Part shown: positions 16,268 to 26,900 of the stretch, one piece after another
Numbering within the stretch: the first letter of the stretch is position 1
Layout of the letters: each line of letters opens with the position of its first letter
Assembly (NCBI GenBank): GCA_016866735.1
Contig: VGLL01000001.1
Coordinates: 1 to 60,671 of the forward strand
Length of the DNA stretch: 60,671 bases
Reading direction: 5' to 3'
Source of the DNA: Candidatus Shapirobacteria bacterium
Lineage (GTDB): Bacteria > Patescibacteriota > Microgenomatia > VGLL01
Made by a program: the position numbers and the translations under genes
Notes under the pieces: model-generated
The model's database searches: none
Told to the model about the DNA's origin: nothing
Seen by the model: the letters and a program-made list of their open reading frames with translations, nothing else

Positions 16268-18070
16268 GTGACAAATAGGGAAATTGCAGAACTCTTACGA
16301 AGTATCGCAGCGGCCTATATAGTTAGAGGTGAAGATAGATTTCGAGTAATGGCATATCAGCGAGCGGCCGAGTCGGTTGATCACGCCACTAGCGAGGTTA
16401 AAGATTTATGGGATGACGGCAAGCTGAAAGAGCTAGCAGGCGTTGGTTCCGCGATTGCCTCGCATCTTGATGAGCTTTTCAAAACAGGGAGAGTAAAACA
16501 CTTCGATGAGGTTAAATCCGGATTGCCGCCAGCAATGTTTGCGCTTCTGGATATTCCCGGGATTGGCCCGAAGACTGCTTTTAGGCTCTGCCAAGAGCTT
16601 CAGCTAAAAGAAGAAAAAACCGCTATTTCCCAGCTAGAGAAAGCCGCCAGCGGCGGATTAATTAGAAAAATTGAGGGTTTTGGCAGTGAGTCGGAAAAAA
16701 GGATTCTAAGCGGCCTGAAAGCCCTTAAAAGGGGTCAAACCAAGGAGAAGAGGATGTTGCTGCCGTACGCTTTTGCGTTGGCGAAAGAGGTGATTGAGTA
16801 CCTTGCGGAATGCCCTGCCGTAATACGGGCTGACCCGCTGGGGTCGTTACGAAGAATGGTGGCGACCATAGGGGATATTGACATTGCCGCATCTACTAAA
16901 AATCCCAAGGACGTCATTCGCCATTTTATTAACTATTCTAAGATTAGGCGCGTTCTTAGCCGGGGAGAGGAAGCCCTAGCGAGAGTAATTTTACAAAGCG
17001 GCCGGCAAGTTGATCTGCGCTTGCAGCAACCAGAAGCATATGGGGCGATGCTTCAATATTTTACCGGAGGAAAAAGCCACAACATTGCCCTGCGCGAATA
17101 CGCGTTACAAAAAGGATTTTCTCTCTCCGAACACGGAATTAAAAACCTTAGAGATACAGACAAGAAAGTAAAAAAATATGCCGCGGAAGAAGATTTTTAT
17201 CGCGATTTGGGACTGAAGTGGATCCCTCCGGAGTTGCGGGAAAATATTGGCGAGATAGAGGCTGCCCTTCGCTCCGCCCAGGGTAAACCAGGCGGGCTTC
17301 CAGAACTTGTTAACTCCGGGGATATTAAAGGAGATCTGCACGTGCACTCAAATTTTCCGATAGAGACAAGTCACGATGAAGGGGAGAATTCCCCCGAGGA
17401 GATTCTGGCTAAGGCAAAAGATCTTGGTTACGAGTATCTTGGTTTTGCCGAGCACAACCCTTCGGTGAGCCAGCATAGTAAATATAAAATAATTGACATA
17501 TTAAAGCGTAAACAAGAAGTAATAGAACACTTAAAATACTCAAGAGTAAACAAAATATTCGTAAACCCAATTAATGGGCTTGAAATAGACATTAAGGCTG
17601 ATGGAACGTTAGCAGTTCCGGAAGAGGGGTTGGTTTTATTGGATTATGTTATTGCTTCAATACATTCAAGTTTTAATCTTAGCCGCGAGGAGATGACGGC
17701 ACGGGTATTGCGTGCGCTAGATCACCCGAAAGTGAGAATTTTTGGGCATCCTACAGGCAGAAAGATAAGTACCAGAGAGGGATATGAGCTTGACTGGGAA
17801 AAAATATTTGCATTTTGTAAGAGAAGGAATATCTGGTTGGAAATAAACGCCTGGCCAGATCGACTGGATTTACCAGATACGCTTGTGCGCGAAGCTGTGA
17901 AATATGGTGTGAAAATGATTATTTGCACCGATGCCCATGCCGTTAGTCACTTACCTTTAATCACTTATGGCGTGGCCGTTGCCAGAAGGGGTTGGGCGGA
18001 GAAGGAAGATATTATTAACGTTTTGGGGTATAATAAGTTTATGGAAATGATAAGGAAAGGGGGTGAATAG
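16268..18070 (+). CDS. polX: family X DNA polymerase with a C-terminal PHP domain (PolX)
   Basis: N-terminal HhH/8-kDa-like segments (NREIAELL..AYQRAA, IPGIGPKTA), a pol-beta nucleotidyltransferase motif (GSLRRMVATIGDIDI) and a PHP domain (GDLHVHSNFP.., FAEHNP, GHPTGR). It has a GTG start. Confidence 0.88.
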   Translation: MTNREIAELLRSIAAAYIVRGEDRFRVMAYQRAAESVDHATSEVKDLWDDGKLKELAGVGSAIASHLDELFKTGRVKHFDEVKSGLPPAMFALLDIPGIGPKTAFRLCQELQLKEEKTAISQLEKAASGGLIRKIEGFGSESEKRILSGLKALKRGQTKEKRMLLPYAFALAKEVIEYLAECPAVIRADPLGSLRRMVATIGDIDIAASTKNPKDVIRHFINYSKIRRVLSRGEEALARVILQSGRQVDLRLQQPEAYGAMLQYFTGGKSHNIALREYALQKGFSLSEHGIKNLRDTDKKVKKYAAEEDFYRDLGLKWIPPELRENIGEIEAALRSAQGKPGGLPELVNSGDIKGDLHVHSNFPIETSHDEGENSPEEILAKAKDLGYEYLGFAEHNPSVSQHSKYKIIDILKRKQEVIEHLKYSRVNKIFVNPINGLEIDIKADGTLAVPEEGLVLLDYVIASIHSSFNLSREEMTARVLRALDHPKVRIFGHPTGRKISTREGYELDWEKIFAFCKRRNIWLEINAWPDRLDLPDTLVREAVKYGVKMIICTDAHAVSHLPLITYGVAVARRGWAEKEDIINVLGYNKFMEMIRKGGE

Positions 18071-18073
18071 TAA

Positions 18074-18667
18074 ATGTCAGCTTTATTAATTTTAATAGGA
18101 ATAGTCGCGGTCATTGTTTTTTATGTCTTGTCCCTATATAACCAATTCGTCACGATTAAGACTCGGGTCGGAGCCTCGATTCAGGAGATTGGGAACCAAT
18201 TAAAGCGTCAAGCCGACTTAATTCCCAATCTTGTTGCTTCAGTAAAAGGCTATATGAAGCACGAAAAGGCCATTTTCGATGAGTTAACGGAGGCAAGAAA
18301 AGCGGTGATGAAGGCAGTTGACTTAGGCGATCCGCAAAAAATGATTGATGTTGGGAATCGCCTGCAAGCAGCCCTGGCCCCGATTCGTGCCGTATTCGAA
18401 TCAACACCACAGTTGCAAGCGGCTGGGCCGACCAGCAAGCTAATGGATGAACTGCGGGACACGGCCGATAAAGTAATGTACGCCCGCAGGACATTGATAG
18501 ATTTAGCGGCCGACTATAATATTAAAGTGGTTACCTTTCCTTCAAATATCGTGGCCATGATTTTTGGCTTTAAGGCCGAAGCAGGGTTGAAAATGCCCTC
18601 CGAATCGGAGGGCGACTTTGCCGCAGTTAGTGCGGAGAGCACAAAGGCTCCTGGGGTCGAGCTTTAA
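18074..18667 (+). CDS. lemA: LemA family protein
   Basis: An N-terminal TM segment followed by YNQFVTIKTRVGASIQEIGNQLKRQADLIPNLV...FDELTEAR, a typical LemA sequence. Confidence 0.85.
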   Translation: MSALLILIGIVAVIVFYVLSLYNQFVTIKTRVGASIQEIGNQLKRQADLIPNLVASVKGYMKHEKAIFDELTEARKAVMKAVDLGDPQKMIDVGNRLQAALAPIRAVFESTPQLQAAGPTSKLMDELRDTADKVMYARRTLIDLAADYNIKVVTFPSNIVAMIFGFKAEAGLKMPSESEGDFAAVSAESTKAPGVEL

Positions 18668-18687
18668 TTTTCTGTCAAGGAGGGTAG

Positions 18688-19587
18688 ATGATCAACGTAT
18701 ACGAGCAGCAAGACAGGAATAAGCGCCGAAGTCTGCTGGTCATTGTTTTATTTACAATTTTTATTACTGGTGTTAGCTGGGTTTTTTCCCGGGCTTTTAG
18801 CTATGGCCCTGGAACTGTCGGGCTGGCACTAGTACTTTCCGGTCTGATGGGTTTTTCCAGCTATTGGTGGGGAGACAAGCTGGTTTTGGCTATTTCAGGA
18901 GCGCGCCCCGCAAGCAAAAAGAATGATTTTAATTTTTACACGGTTGCGGAAAATTTGGCACTTGCCGCCCGAATCCCTGTCCCGCGGCTTTACGTTATTG
19001 AAGATTCTGCGCCCAACGCCTTTGCTACCGGCCGAGACCCGGAGCATGCCACTGTTTGCGCCACGACTGGTCTTTTGCAGAAGCTTGACAGAACCGAGTT
19101 GGAGGGCGTGATTGCCCACGAGCTTTCCCATGTTAAAAATTACGATACGCGGTTAATGAGTATCGTGACGATTTTAGTAGGAATGGTAACACTTTTGGCA
19201 GACTGGGCCTTAAGAGGAATGCGTTTTGGCAATCGCAGTCGGGAAGGCCGGGGGGGAAATCTGGGCTCTTTCTTGCTTATCGTCGGCATAGTTTTGGCGT
19301 TAATTTCGCCCCTTATTGCCAAACTTATCCAGTTGGCAATTTCCCGCAAAAGGGAGTTTTTGGCAGATGCTTCAGGAGTGATGTTAACCCGTTTTCCCGA
19401 AGGACTAGCCAGAGCACTGGAAAAAATTTCGGCTGATAGGGAACCTCTCGAGGCAGCTAATAAAGCCACGGCGCACCTCTACATTGTCAATCCGCTTAAG
19501 GGGCAGAGTTTTGTGGGTTGGTTTGCCAATTTTTTTAATACCCACCCGCCCGTCGCGGAGCGTGTTAAAGCATTAAGAGAAATGTGA
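18688..19587 (+). CDS. htpX: M48-family zinc metalloprotease HtpX
   Basis: HELSHVKN zinc motif, four TM segments, EFLADASG and HPPVAERV. Confidence 0.88.
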   Translation: MINVYEQQDRNKRRSLLVIVLFTIFITGVSWVFSRAFSYGPGTVGLALVLSGLMGFSSYWWGDKLVLAISGARPASKKNDFNFYTVAENLALAARIPVPRLYVIEDSAPNAFATGRDPEHATVCATTGLLQKLDRTELEGVIAHELSHVKNYDTRLMSIVTILVGMVTLLADWALRGMRFGNRSREGRGGNLGSFLLIVGIVLALISPLIAKLIQLAISRKREFLADASGVMLTRFPEGLARALEKISADREPLEAANKATAHLYIVNPLKGQSFVGWFANFFNTHPPVAERVKALREM

Positions 19588-19907
19588 TGGAAAAAAAGTC
19601 AAAAGTCAAAAGTCAAAAGTCAAAATTAACGGAAGGAGAAGTGGTTCATGTTGCGAATTTGGCCCATCTAGCTCTCGCGCCAAAAGAGATTAAAAAAATC
19701 CGAGATCAGCTCTCGGAAGTTTTGGACTATGTAAAAATTTTACAGCAAGTAGATACGGTCAAGATTGTGCCCACAAGCCAAGTGACCGGACTAAAGGATG
19801 TTTTTCGGGAAGATAGTGTCCAGCCTTCTTTGTCGGTGAAAGATTCTCTCTCTGAGTCAAAAAATAGCGAGGGGGAAAAGTTTAAAGTGAAATCAATTTT
19901 TCAATAG
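19584..19907 (+). CDS. gatC: Asp/Glu-tRNA amidotransferase subunit C (start codon uncertain)
   Basis: The conserved core is LTEGEVVHVANLAHLALAPKEIKK...LDYVKILQQVDT, and it lies upstream of gatA and gatB. The Lys/Ser-rich first 15 aa are encoded by the 7-nt repeat and may be 5' UTR. Confidence 0.8.
   Translation: MMEKKSKVKSQKSKLTEGEVVHVANLAHLALAPKEIKKIRDQLSEVLDYVKILQQVDTVKIVPTSQVTGLKDVFREDSVQPSLSVKDSLSESKNSEGEKFKVKSIFQ
19598..19625 (+). repeat. heptanucleotide tandem repeat (GTCAAAA)x4
   Basis: GTCAAAAGTCAAAAGTCAAAAGTCAAAA was read directly. It lies 11 nt after the htpX stop, inside the annotated N-terminal extension of gatC. Confidence 0.9.
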
Positions 19908-19934
19908 TTATACCAATTATTCGAATAATCGAAC

Positions 19935-21356
19935 ATGAAGCTAAACGAGCTGACTATTAAAGAAGCCCACGAGGGTTTAAGACAGAAGAAGTTTTCTTCG
20001 TTAGAGTTAGTTAGGGCCTGTCTTGGACAAATAAAAAGGCTTGATCCCAAGATTAATGCCTTTATTACCGTTTGTGAGAGGGAAGCGGCCAAAGAGGCCG
20101 AGAGAGCCGATAAAATTCTTGGCCAAAAGCCGACGGATATTAGTGCCCGGCCGCTCTTGGGTATTCCGGTTGCGGTTAAGGACAACTTCTGCACTAAAGG
20201 CCTGAAGACGACAGCATCCAGTAATGTTTTGGCTGATTTTATTCCTCCGTACGATGCTACCGTGGTGACTAAAATTAAAGATGCTGGTGCGGTGATTTTG
20301 GGAAAGACGAACATGGATGCCTGGGCTCATGGTTCTTCAACCGAGACATCGGATTTTTTTACCACGCATAATCCCTGGAATTTTAATCGCCTGCCGGGAG
20401 GCTCCTCCGGTGGATCAGCGGCGAGTATTGCCGCAGACGAAACGATTGCCAGTCTCGGTTCCGAAACTGCCGGTTCGATTCGCCAGCCATCATCTTGGTG
20501 CGGGACAGTCGGCTTTAAGCCCACCTACGGCCGCGTAAGTCGCTACGGACTGATCGCGATGGCCTCTTCTCTGGATTGCCCCGGTCCCATTGCTAAGACA
20601 GTGAGCGATGCCGCTATTCTATTGAGGATAATTGCCGGAAAGGATCCTTCTGATGCCACGACATCGTCTTATGCGGTACCGAATTATCTGGAAAAGATTA
20701 ATAAGGGAACAAAAGGAATCAGGGTTGGTGTTGCAAAAGAGTACCTTGCTGTAGCCGAAAATGAGATTAAAGAGGCGGTTTTGGCGGCGGTAAAGACGCT
20801 TGAAAAAATGGGGGCTAAGGTTAAAGATATTTCTTTGGTTGATCCAAAGTATGCCATTGCCGTCTACACTATTTTGCAAAGATCAGAAGTTTCCTCCAAT
20901 TTGGCCAGATATGACGGGATACGTTTTGGGTTCGGGAGGGAAAAATTTGGCCAGGAGGCAAAAAGAAGAATAATGCTCGGAACATACTATCTTTCGGCGG
21001 GGTATTACGAAGCCTATTACCTAAAAGCCCAAAAAATGAGAAGTATTATTTGTAGAGATTTTGAGAAAGCATTCAAAGACGTAGATGTTATTTTGGGGCC
21101 TTCAGCGCCTACAACCGCTCTTCCTTTGGGAGCAAGTAAAGACCATCCCATGTTTGGAGAAATGATGGATATCCTTTTTGAACCATCGGCCATTGCCGGA
21201 TTACCTGGCTTAAGTCTTACCTGCGGTTTCTCGGCGGAAGGCTTACCTATTGGAATGCAGATCCTGGGCCCCCAGTTTAGCGAGGAACTCTTATTTCAAG
21301 TTGGTTATGCCTTTGAGCAGGCAACTGATTGGCATAAAAGAAAACCGAAGTTATGA
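19935..21356 (+). CDS. gatA: Asp/Glu-tRNA amidotransferase subunit A
   Basis: Amidase signature GIPVAVKDNF, GGSSGGSAASIA and GSETAGSIRQPSSWCG. Confidence 0.93.
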   Translation: MKLNELTIKEAHEGLRQKKFSSLELVRACLGQIKRLDPKINAFITVCEREAAKEAERADKILGQKPTDISARPLLGIPVAVKDNFCTKGLKTTASSNVLADFIPPYDATVVTKIKDAGAVILGKTNMDAWAHGSSTETSDFFTTHNPWNFNRLPGGSSGGSAASIAADETIASLGSETAGSIRQPSSWCGTVGFKPTYGRVSRYGLIAMASSLDCPGPIAKTVSDAAILLRIIAGKDPSDATTSSYAVPNYLEKINKGTKGIRVGVAKEYLAVAENEIKEAVLAAVKTLEKMGAKVKDISLVDPKYAIAVYTILQRSEVSSNLARYDGIRFGFGREKFGQEAKRRIMLGTYYLSAGYYEAYYLKAQKMRSIICRDFEKAFKDVDVILGPSAPTTALPLGASKDHPMFGEMMDILFEPSAIAGLPGLSLTCGFSAEGLPIGMQILGPQFSEELLFQVGYAFEQATDWHKRKPKL

Positions 21357-22720
21357 TGAGACAAATTGGTCAAATTAGTCAAATTCGTAGAGCCAATTAT
21401 CAGCCCATTATCGGCCTGGAAATCCACATCGAGCTTAAAACAAAAAGCAAGATGTTTTGCGGTTGTCCGGCTGATCATTTTGGCAAGCCGCCCAATACGC
21501 AAACTTGTCCGGTCTGCCTCGGTTTGCCTGGCGCGCTACCAGTACCCAATCGTAAGGCGGTTGAATGGACAATTATGGCCGGCCTAGCCTTAGGTTGCCA
21601 GATACCCGGGGAAAGTAAATTTGACCGAAAGAATTATTTTTATCCCGACCTGCCGAAAGGTTACCAGATAAGTCAATATGATCAGCCGCTGGCCATAAGC
21701 GGCAAGCTAGGAAATATTGGGATTTGCCGAGTTCATCTGGAAGAAGATACCGGGAAACTGGTTCACGTTGAGAAAGCGACATTAATTGATTTTAATCGAA
21801 GCGGAGTGCCATTAATGGAAATTGTAACCGAGCCCGATCTAACCTCGTCTGACGAGGCGAAGGAGTTTTTACAAAACCTGCAAAGAATTATCAAATATTT
21901 GGGAATCTCGGAAGCGGACATGGAAAAGGGGCAAATGCGCTGTGAGCCAACGGTTAATTTGGAAATAAAGAAGGGGAATCTTACAGTTTACACGCCTTTA
22001 GCGGAAATTAAGAATATTAATTCCTTTAGATTTGTTAAGCGGGCCATTGACTTTGAAGTACAGCGCCAGTTTGAGGAGTTTGAAAGGACAGGAATTGAGA
22101 AACAGGCGGGAAACAAAGTCACTCGTGGCTGGAATGAGCAGAAAGGAATAACTATTTTACAGAGAGAGAAGGAGGAGGCGGCGGACTATCGCTATTTCCC
22201 CGAGCCGGATATTCCGCCAATGCGTTTTGAAAGGAAAAATATTGAAGATTTGCGAAAGAAATTGCCGGAGTTGCCCGAGAAAAGAGCGCGACGGTTTATT
22301 CGAGAATACGGCGTGTCCGAATACAACGCGGCCATCTTAATTGAGAACAAAGGAAAAGCTGATTTCTTCGAGGAAGCAGTTAGTTATGCGAGGGAGCTCG
22401 AGAAACCCCCGGGGACTAAAGCGATTGGCGACTGGATTGTTAATAAGCGTGTTGATTTGGCCAAGACTTCTCCGGAAAATCTTCTCAAGGCCATTTTGGC
22501 CAAAGCCGGGGCGGCGACGCTAGATGACTCAGAGTTAATCGCTGCTATTACAAGCGTTCTGGGTATTAATCAAAAGGCAGTTATTGATTATAATAATGGC
22601 AAAGAACCGGCCTTAATGTTCTTAGTGGGACAGGTGCTGCGCAGAACGAAGGGGAAGGGTGACCCTGGGCAGATTAGACTTTTATTAGAGAAAGAACTTC
22701 ACGATGATAAGAAAAGATAG
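21353..22720 (+). CDS. gatB: Asp/Glu-tRNA amidotransferase subunit B
   Basis: IGLEIHIELKTKSKMFCGC, VCLGLPGALP, RKNYFYPDLPKGYQISQ and NRSGVPLMEIVTEPD. Confidence 0.93.
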   Translation: MMRQIGQISQIRRANYQPIIGLEIHIELKTKSKMFCGCPADHFGKPPNTQTCPVCLGLPGALPVPNRKAVEWTIMAGLALGCQIPGESKFDRKNYFYPDLPKGYQISQYDQPLAISGKLGNIGICRVHLEEDTGKLVHVEKATLIDFNRSGVPLMEIVTEPDLTSSDEAKEFLQNLQRIIKYLGISEADMEKGQMRCEPTVNLEIKKGNLTVYTPLAEIKNINSFRFVKRAIDFEVQRQFEEFERTGIEKQAGNKVTRGWNEQKGITILQREKEEAADYRYFPEPDIPPMRFERKNIEDLRKKLPELPEKRARRFIREYGVSEYNAAILIENKGKADFFEEAVSYARELEKPPGTKAIGDWIVNKRVDLAKTSPENLLKAILAKAGAATLDDSELIAAITSVLGINQKAVIDYNNGKEPALMFLVGQVLRRTKGKGDPGQIRLLLEKELHDDKKR

Positions 22721-23960
22721 CCAAAACCATTTCTCCCAGTTGCTTGGCAATAAGGATTTTCTGAAGATTTGGATCTGTCAAGGTTTTTCGACAACCACCA
22801 TCAACCTGGTTAGTTTTGCCCTGATCATGAAGATTTTTGAGACCACGCTTTCCACGATTACCGTCTCTTTTGTTTTTATCTTTTTGGCAATTCCCGCTAT
22901 TTTAATTGGGCCCTTTTCCGGTGTGGTGATTGATATGGTTGACCGGCGGAAAGCATTGGTTTTTACCAGTTTGGCTGAGGCCGCGATAGTTTTTTGTTTT
23001 TCCCTGGTGGGAGCCAAGATTTGGCCCGTCTATGGCCTGATATTGCTTTTCTCGTCGTTACAGCAATTTTATGTGCCTGCTGAAGGAGCATCTTTAACCA
23101 CGGTTGTGGAGAAGAAAAATTTGCCGGCGGCCAACAGTCTCTTTCTCTTCACGGTGTACGGCGGCTTATTGGCTGGGGCGGGTTCGGCAAGCCTTCTCCT
23201 AAGGGTCTTTGGACGAAGAGTGCCCTTTGTAATCGGCTCATTATTTCTTCTTATTGCTGCTCTAGCGAGCTACCTCCTTCCCCGGGAAAAATTTATGACT
23301 CCACCCAGAATTAGGGGGTGGGAGAAATTCTTTCAGGAGTTGTATGCCGGTTATCGCTTCATTAGCCAGCAGCAACTCGTCCTTTTCCCCATTCTTCTTT
23401 TAGTTTTTATCCAAATGACTTTGTCGATTTTGGCGATTTTGTTTCCCTCCTTTGCGGTTCAAGTTTTGAAGATTGAAGTTATTGATGCGGGAACTTTTCT
23501 TATTTTACCGGCCGCGATTGGCGCAATATTGGGGGCAGTATTAGCCACCAGGCTTCTAGGGAAGTTAAGAAAGAAGAGGGTGATCTGCGCCGGGCTTTTC
23601 GGCTTTAGCGGCTGCCTGCTTTCTCTCTCGCTGGTCCTTCCCCTCCTTTCCGATTTTAGAGTTCCGCTGGCATTTACGCTGATGTTTTTTGCAGGAACTG
23701 CCTTTGTCGCGGTGATTATTCCCACCCAAACGCTTATTCAGCAGCATACACCGTCAACTTTGCGCGGGAGAGTATTTGGCGTATTGGGTTTTTTGGGAAT
23801 GGTGGTATCTTTGATTCCCACTTTTTTGACGGCGGCCTTGGCCGAAGTGATTGGAGAAACATGGGTAATTTTCCTCATCAGCTTAATAATTCTGGGCCTA
23901 GGGATTTATGGGAGCAGGGGCAGATATGCCCTGTCGGCCAACGCAAACCATAAACTATGA
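22704..23960 (+). CDS. MFS transporter
   Basis: About 12 predicted TM segments, with a GVVIDMVDRRK loop (an MFS motif A-like D-R-x-x-R-R/K). Confidence 0.75.
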   Translation: MIRKDSQNHFSQLLGNKDFLKIWICQGFSTTTINLVSFALIMKIFETTLSTITVSFVFIFLAIPAILIGPFSGVVIDMVDRRKALVFTSLAEAAIVFCFSLVGAKIWPVYGLILLFSSLQQFYVPAEGASLTTVVEKKNLPAANSLFLFTVYGGLLAGAGSASLLLRVFGRRVPFVIGSLFLLIAALASYLLPREKFMTPPRIRGWEKFFQELYAGYRFISQQQLVLFPILLLVFIQMTLSILAILFPSFAVQVLKIEVIDAGTFLILPAAIGAILGAVLATRLLGKLRKKRVICAGLFGFSGCLLSLSLVLPLLSDFRVPLAFTLMFFAGTAFVAVIIPTQTLIQQHTPSTLRGRVFGVLGFLGMVVSLIPTFLTAALAEVIGETWVIFLISLIILGLGIYGSRGRYALSANANHKL

Positions 23961-26900
23961 CGGACTTTGTTCACCTACATACTCATTCCGAATATTCCCT
24001 TCTCGACGGACTGGCCAAGATTCCCCACCTAGTGGGACAGGCGATTGGGTTTAAGCAGAAGGCGCTCGCCTTAACCGATCATGGCGTAATGTACGGCACA
24101 ATTCCCTTTTACCTTGCCTGTCGAGAGGCCGGCATTAAACCAATTATTGGTATTGAGGCCTATATGGCTCATCGCTCTCGTTTCGACAAGCAGCCGAAGA
24201 TCGACGCCGACCAGTACCATTTGCTTCTTTTGGCCAAGAACACGCTCGGTTACAAGAACCTGATGCGGCTAGCGACCATCGGGCACTTAGAAGGATTTTA
24301 CTATAAACCAAGGCTGGATCTGGAAGTTTTGAAGAAATACTCCGAGGGACTAGTTTGCCTAAGCGCCTGCCTCCAAGGCGAAATTCCGAGCTTAATCGTG
24401 GAAAACCGCCATAAGGATGCCGAAAGCCGTGCCCACGAATTTTTAGAGATTTTTGGTAAGGATTTTTATCTCGAGATTCAAGAACACCCGAAGATTCCAG
24501 AGCAGGCCAAAGCCAATAAGGGCCTTGTGGAAATTTCCCGAAGACTCGGGATCCCCCTTGTTGCCACGAATGATATTCATTACGCTGAGGCCCAGGATGC
24601 CGAAGCCCAAGATATCCTCTTGGCTCTGCAAACGCAGAAAAAGTTAGCTGATAAAGATAGGCTGACTATGATGGATTCACCTGATTTCTACCTTAGAAGC
24701 TCCGAAGAAATGGCGGCACTCTTCAAAGAACAACCGGATGCTCTGAAAAATACGGCCGCAATCGCCGAAAAGTGCAATCTCGAAATTGAGATGAACAAGT
24801 GGATTTTGCCCCACTATCCTCTGCCAGCAGGTGAGACGGCCGAAAGCCATTTGAGAAAGATGGTTTCAGAGAGACTATCTGACCGTTTTCCCGAAGTGAC
24901 CAAAGAAATAAAAGAAAGGTTAAGCTATGAAATGGATATAATCTGCCAAAAAGGCTTTGCCACCTACTTTCTTATTGTGCAGGAGTTTGCCAATTGGGCG
25001 AAGCAGCAAAAAATAAGAGTTTCTTGCAGGGGGTCGGCGGCTGGCTCGCTGGTCTCGTATGTCTTACGGATTACTTCAATTAACCCCCTGGAGCATAACA
25101 TTCCCTTTGAACGTTTTTTAAATCCCTGGCGACCTACCCCGCCCGACATTGACCTTGATTTTGCCGATGACCGCAGAGACGAAGTCATTAACTATGTGAC
25201 CAAGAAGTATGGCCAAGACAAAGTCTCGCAGATTATTACTTTTGGAAAGATGGAGGCGCGGATGGCAGTCCGAGACGTAGCGCGCGTTTTGGGTTATTCT
25301 TATTCTACCGGAGATAGACTTGCCAAGATGATTCCTTTTGGGCCCCAGGGCTTTGAGACGACAACCGAGTGGGCGATGGAGTCTAATCCGGAACTTAAGG
25401 CTGCTTACGAGAACGAAGAGGAAACAAAAAAAATACTGGATTTGGCCCATCGGCTGGAGGGGGTATCCCGCCAGGCGTCAACTCACGCCGCCGGCCTAGT
25501 GATTGCCGATTGCCCACTAACCGAATATGTTCCCCTTCAGTGGGATACCAAAAGAGAAAAAGTAATCACGCAATATGATATGTATGCTCTGGACCTTAAT
25601 GTCTCCGAGCAGGCAATTGGACTTTTGAAGATGGATTTCTTGGGAATTCGCAATTTAACGATTTTGGGAAGGGCGGTTGAGTATGTCAGGTCGACCAAAG
25701 GCAAGGAAATTGACCTTTCCGAAATTTCCCTCGAAGACCCCCGGGTTTATAAGTTAATTTCAGAAGGCGAAACGACCGGCGTTTTTCAGCTTGAGTCGGC
25801 GGGAATGAGACGGCTGGGTAGGCAGCTTAAGCCGTCGCGGTTCTCTGATATTGCCGCCATGGTGGCCCTTTTTAGGCCCGGGCCGATGCAATGGATAAAT
25901 GAATTTATTTCCGGGAAGAATAATCCAGCCGGTGTCCGTTATTCCCATCCTGCCTTGAAGCCTATTTTAGAAGAAACATATGGCATCGCCGTTTACCAGG
26001 AGCAATGCCTACAGATAGCCGTGACTATAGCTGGTTACAGCTGGGGGGAGGCTGACGGGTTGAGGAGGGCGATAGGGAAGAAGAAAAAAACCTTGATGCA
26101 AAAAGAGAAAGATAAATTCATTGCGAAAGCAATCGACAACGGTTACAAGAAGGACGACGCGGAGAAAATCTTTTCTTTGATTGAACGTTTCGTTGGTTAC
26201 GGCTTCAATAAGGCCCATTCTACCTCCTATGCCATGATTGCTTATCAAACGGCCTGGATGAAGGTTAATTATCCGGTTGAATTTATGGCTGCTTTTCTGA
26301 CAGCAGAATCGGGTAATGCTGATAAAGTTGCCTTGGGGGTAGCCGAGTGCCGGCGGATGGGAATTGTTATCCTCCCGCCTAATATTAATAAATCGGAAGT
26401 GGGTTTTTCTATTGAAGCGCACGCGGGTTCCCTGGAGGATTGCGCGATTCGTTTTGGCCTCTCGGCAATTAAAAACGTAGGCGAGGCGGCCATCGTGGAG
26501 ATAATAAAGGCAAGGCAGCTTGCGGGCGAGTTTAAATCTCTGGGAGATTTTTTCCAGAGAGTTGATGCCCAGAAAGTTAATAAAAAAGTTTTAGAAAGTT
26601 TAATCCGGGTTGGGGGGATGGACAGTTTCGGGAAAAGGGCGGCGATGCTAGCCGGACTCGATAAGTTACGGGCTCAAAATGAGAGTTTGCAGAAACAAAG
26701 AGCCGCTGGCCAAGCCAGTCTTTTTCAGGAAGATAATGAGGCCCATGGCAAGATTATTGCCGAGGATGATTTGCCTAAGATAGAAGAATTTTCCAGGCAA
26801 GAGCTGCTTCGGCTGGAACAGCAGCTTTTAGGTTTCTATTTGACAGAACATCCTTTAATGCCACTTCTTTCTCTTCTGGGGGAGGAAGTCACGCATAAGC

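Noticed and set aside
19598-19625. A CRISPR array or other spaced repeats, considering the tandem repeats at 19598-19625 and 60030-60069 and the direct repeats at 48743, 49001 and 50099.
   Set aside because: The first two are contiguous tandem repeats without spacers. The third set has only three copies, with gene-sized and unequal spacing. No CRISPR-like repeat-spacer periodicity was seen anywhere in the window.
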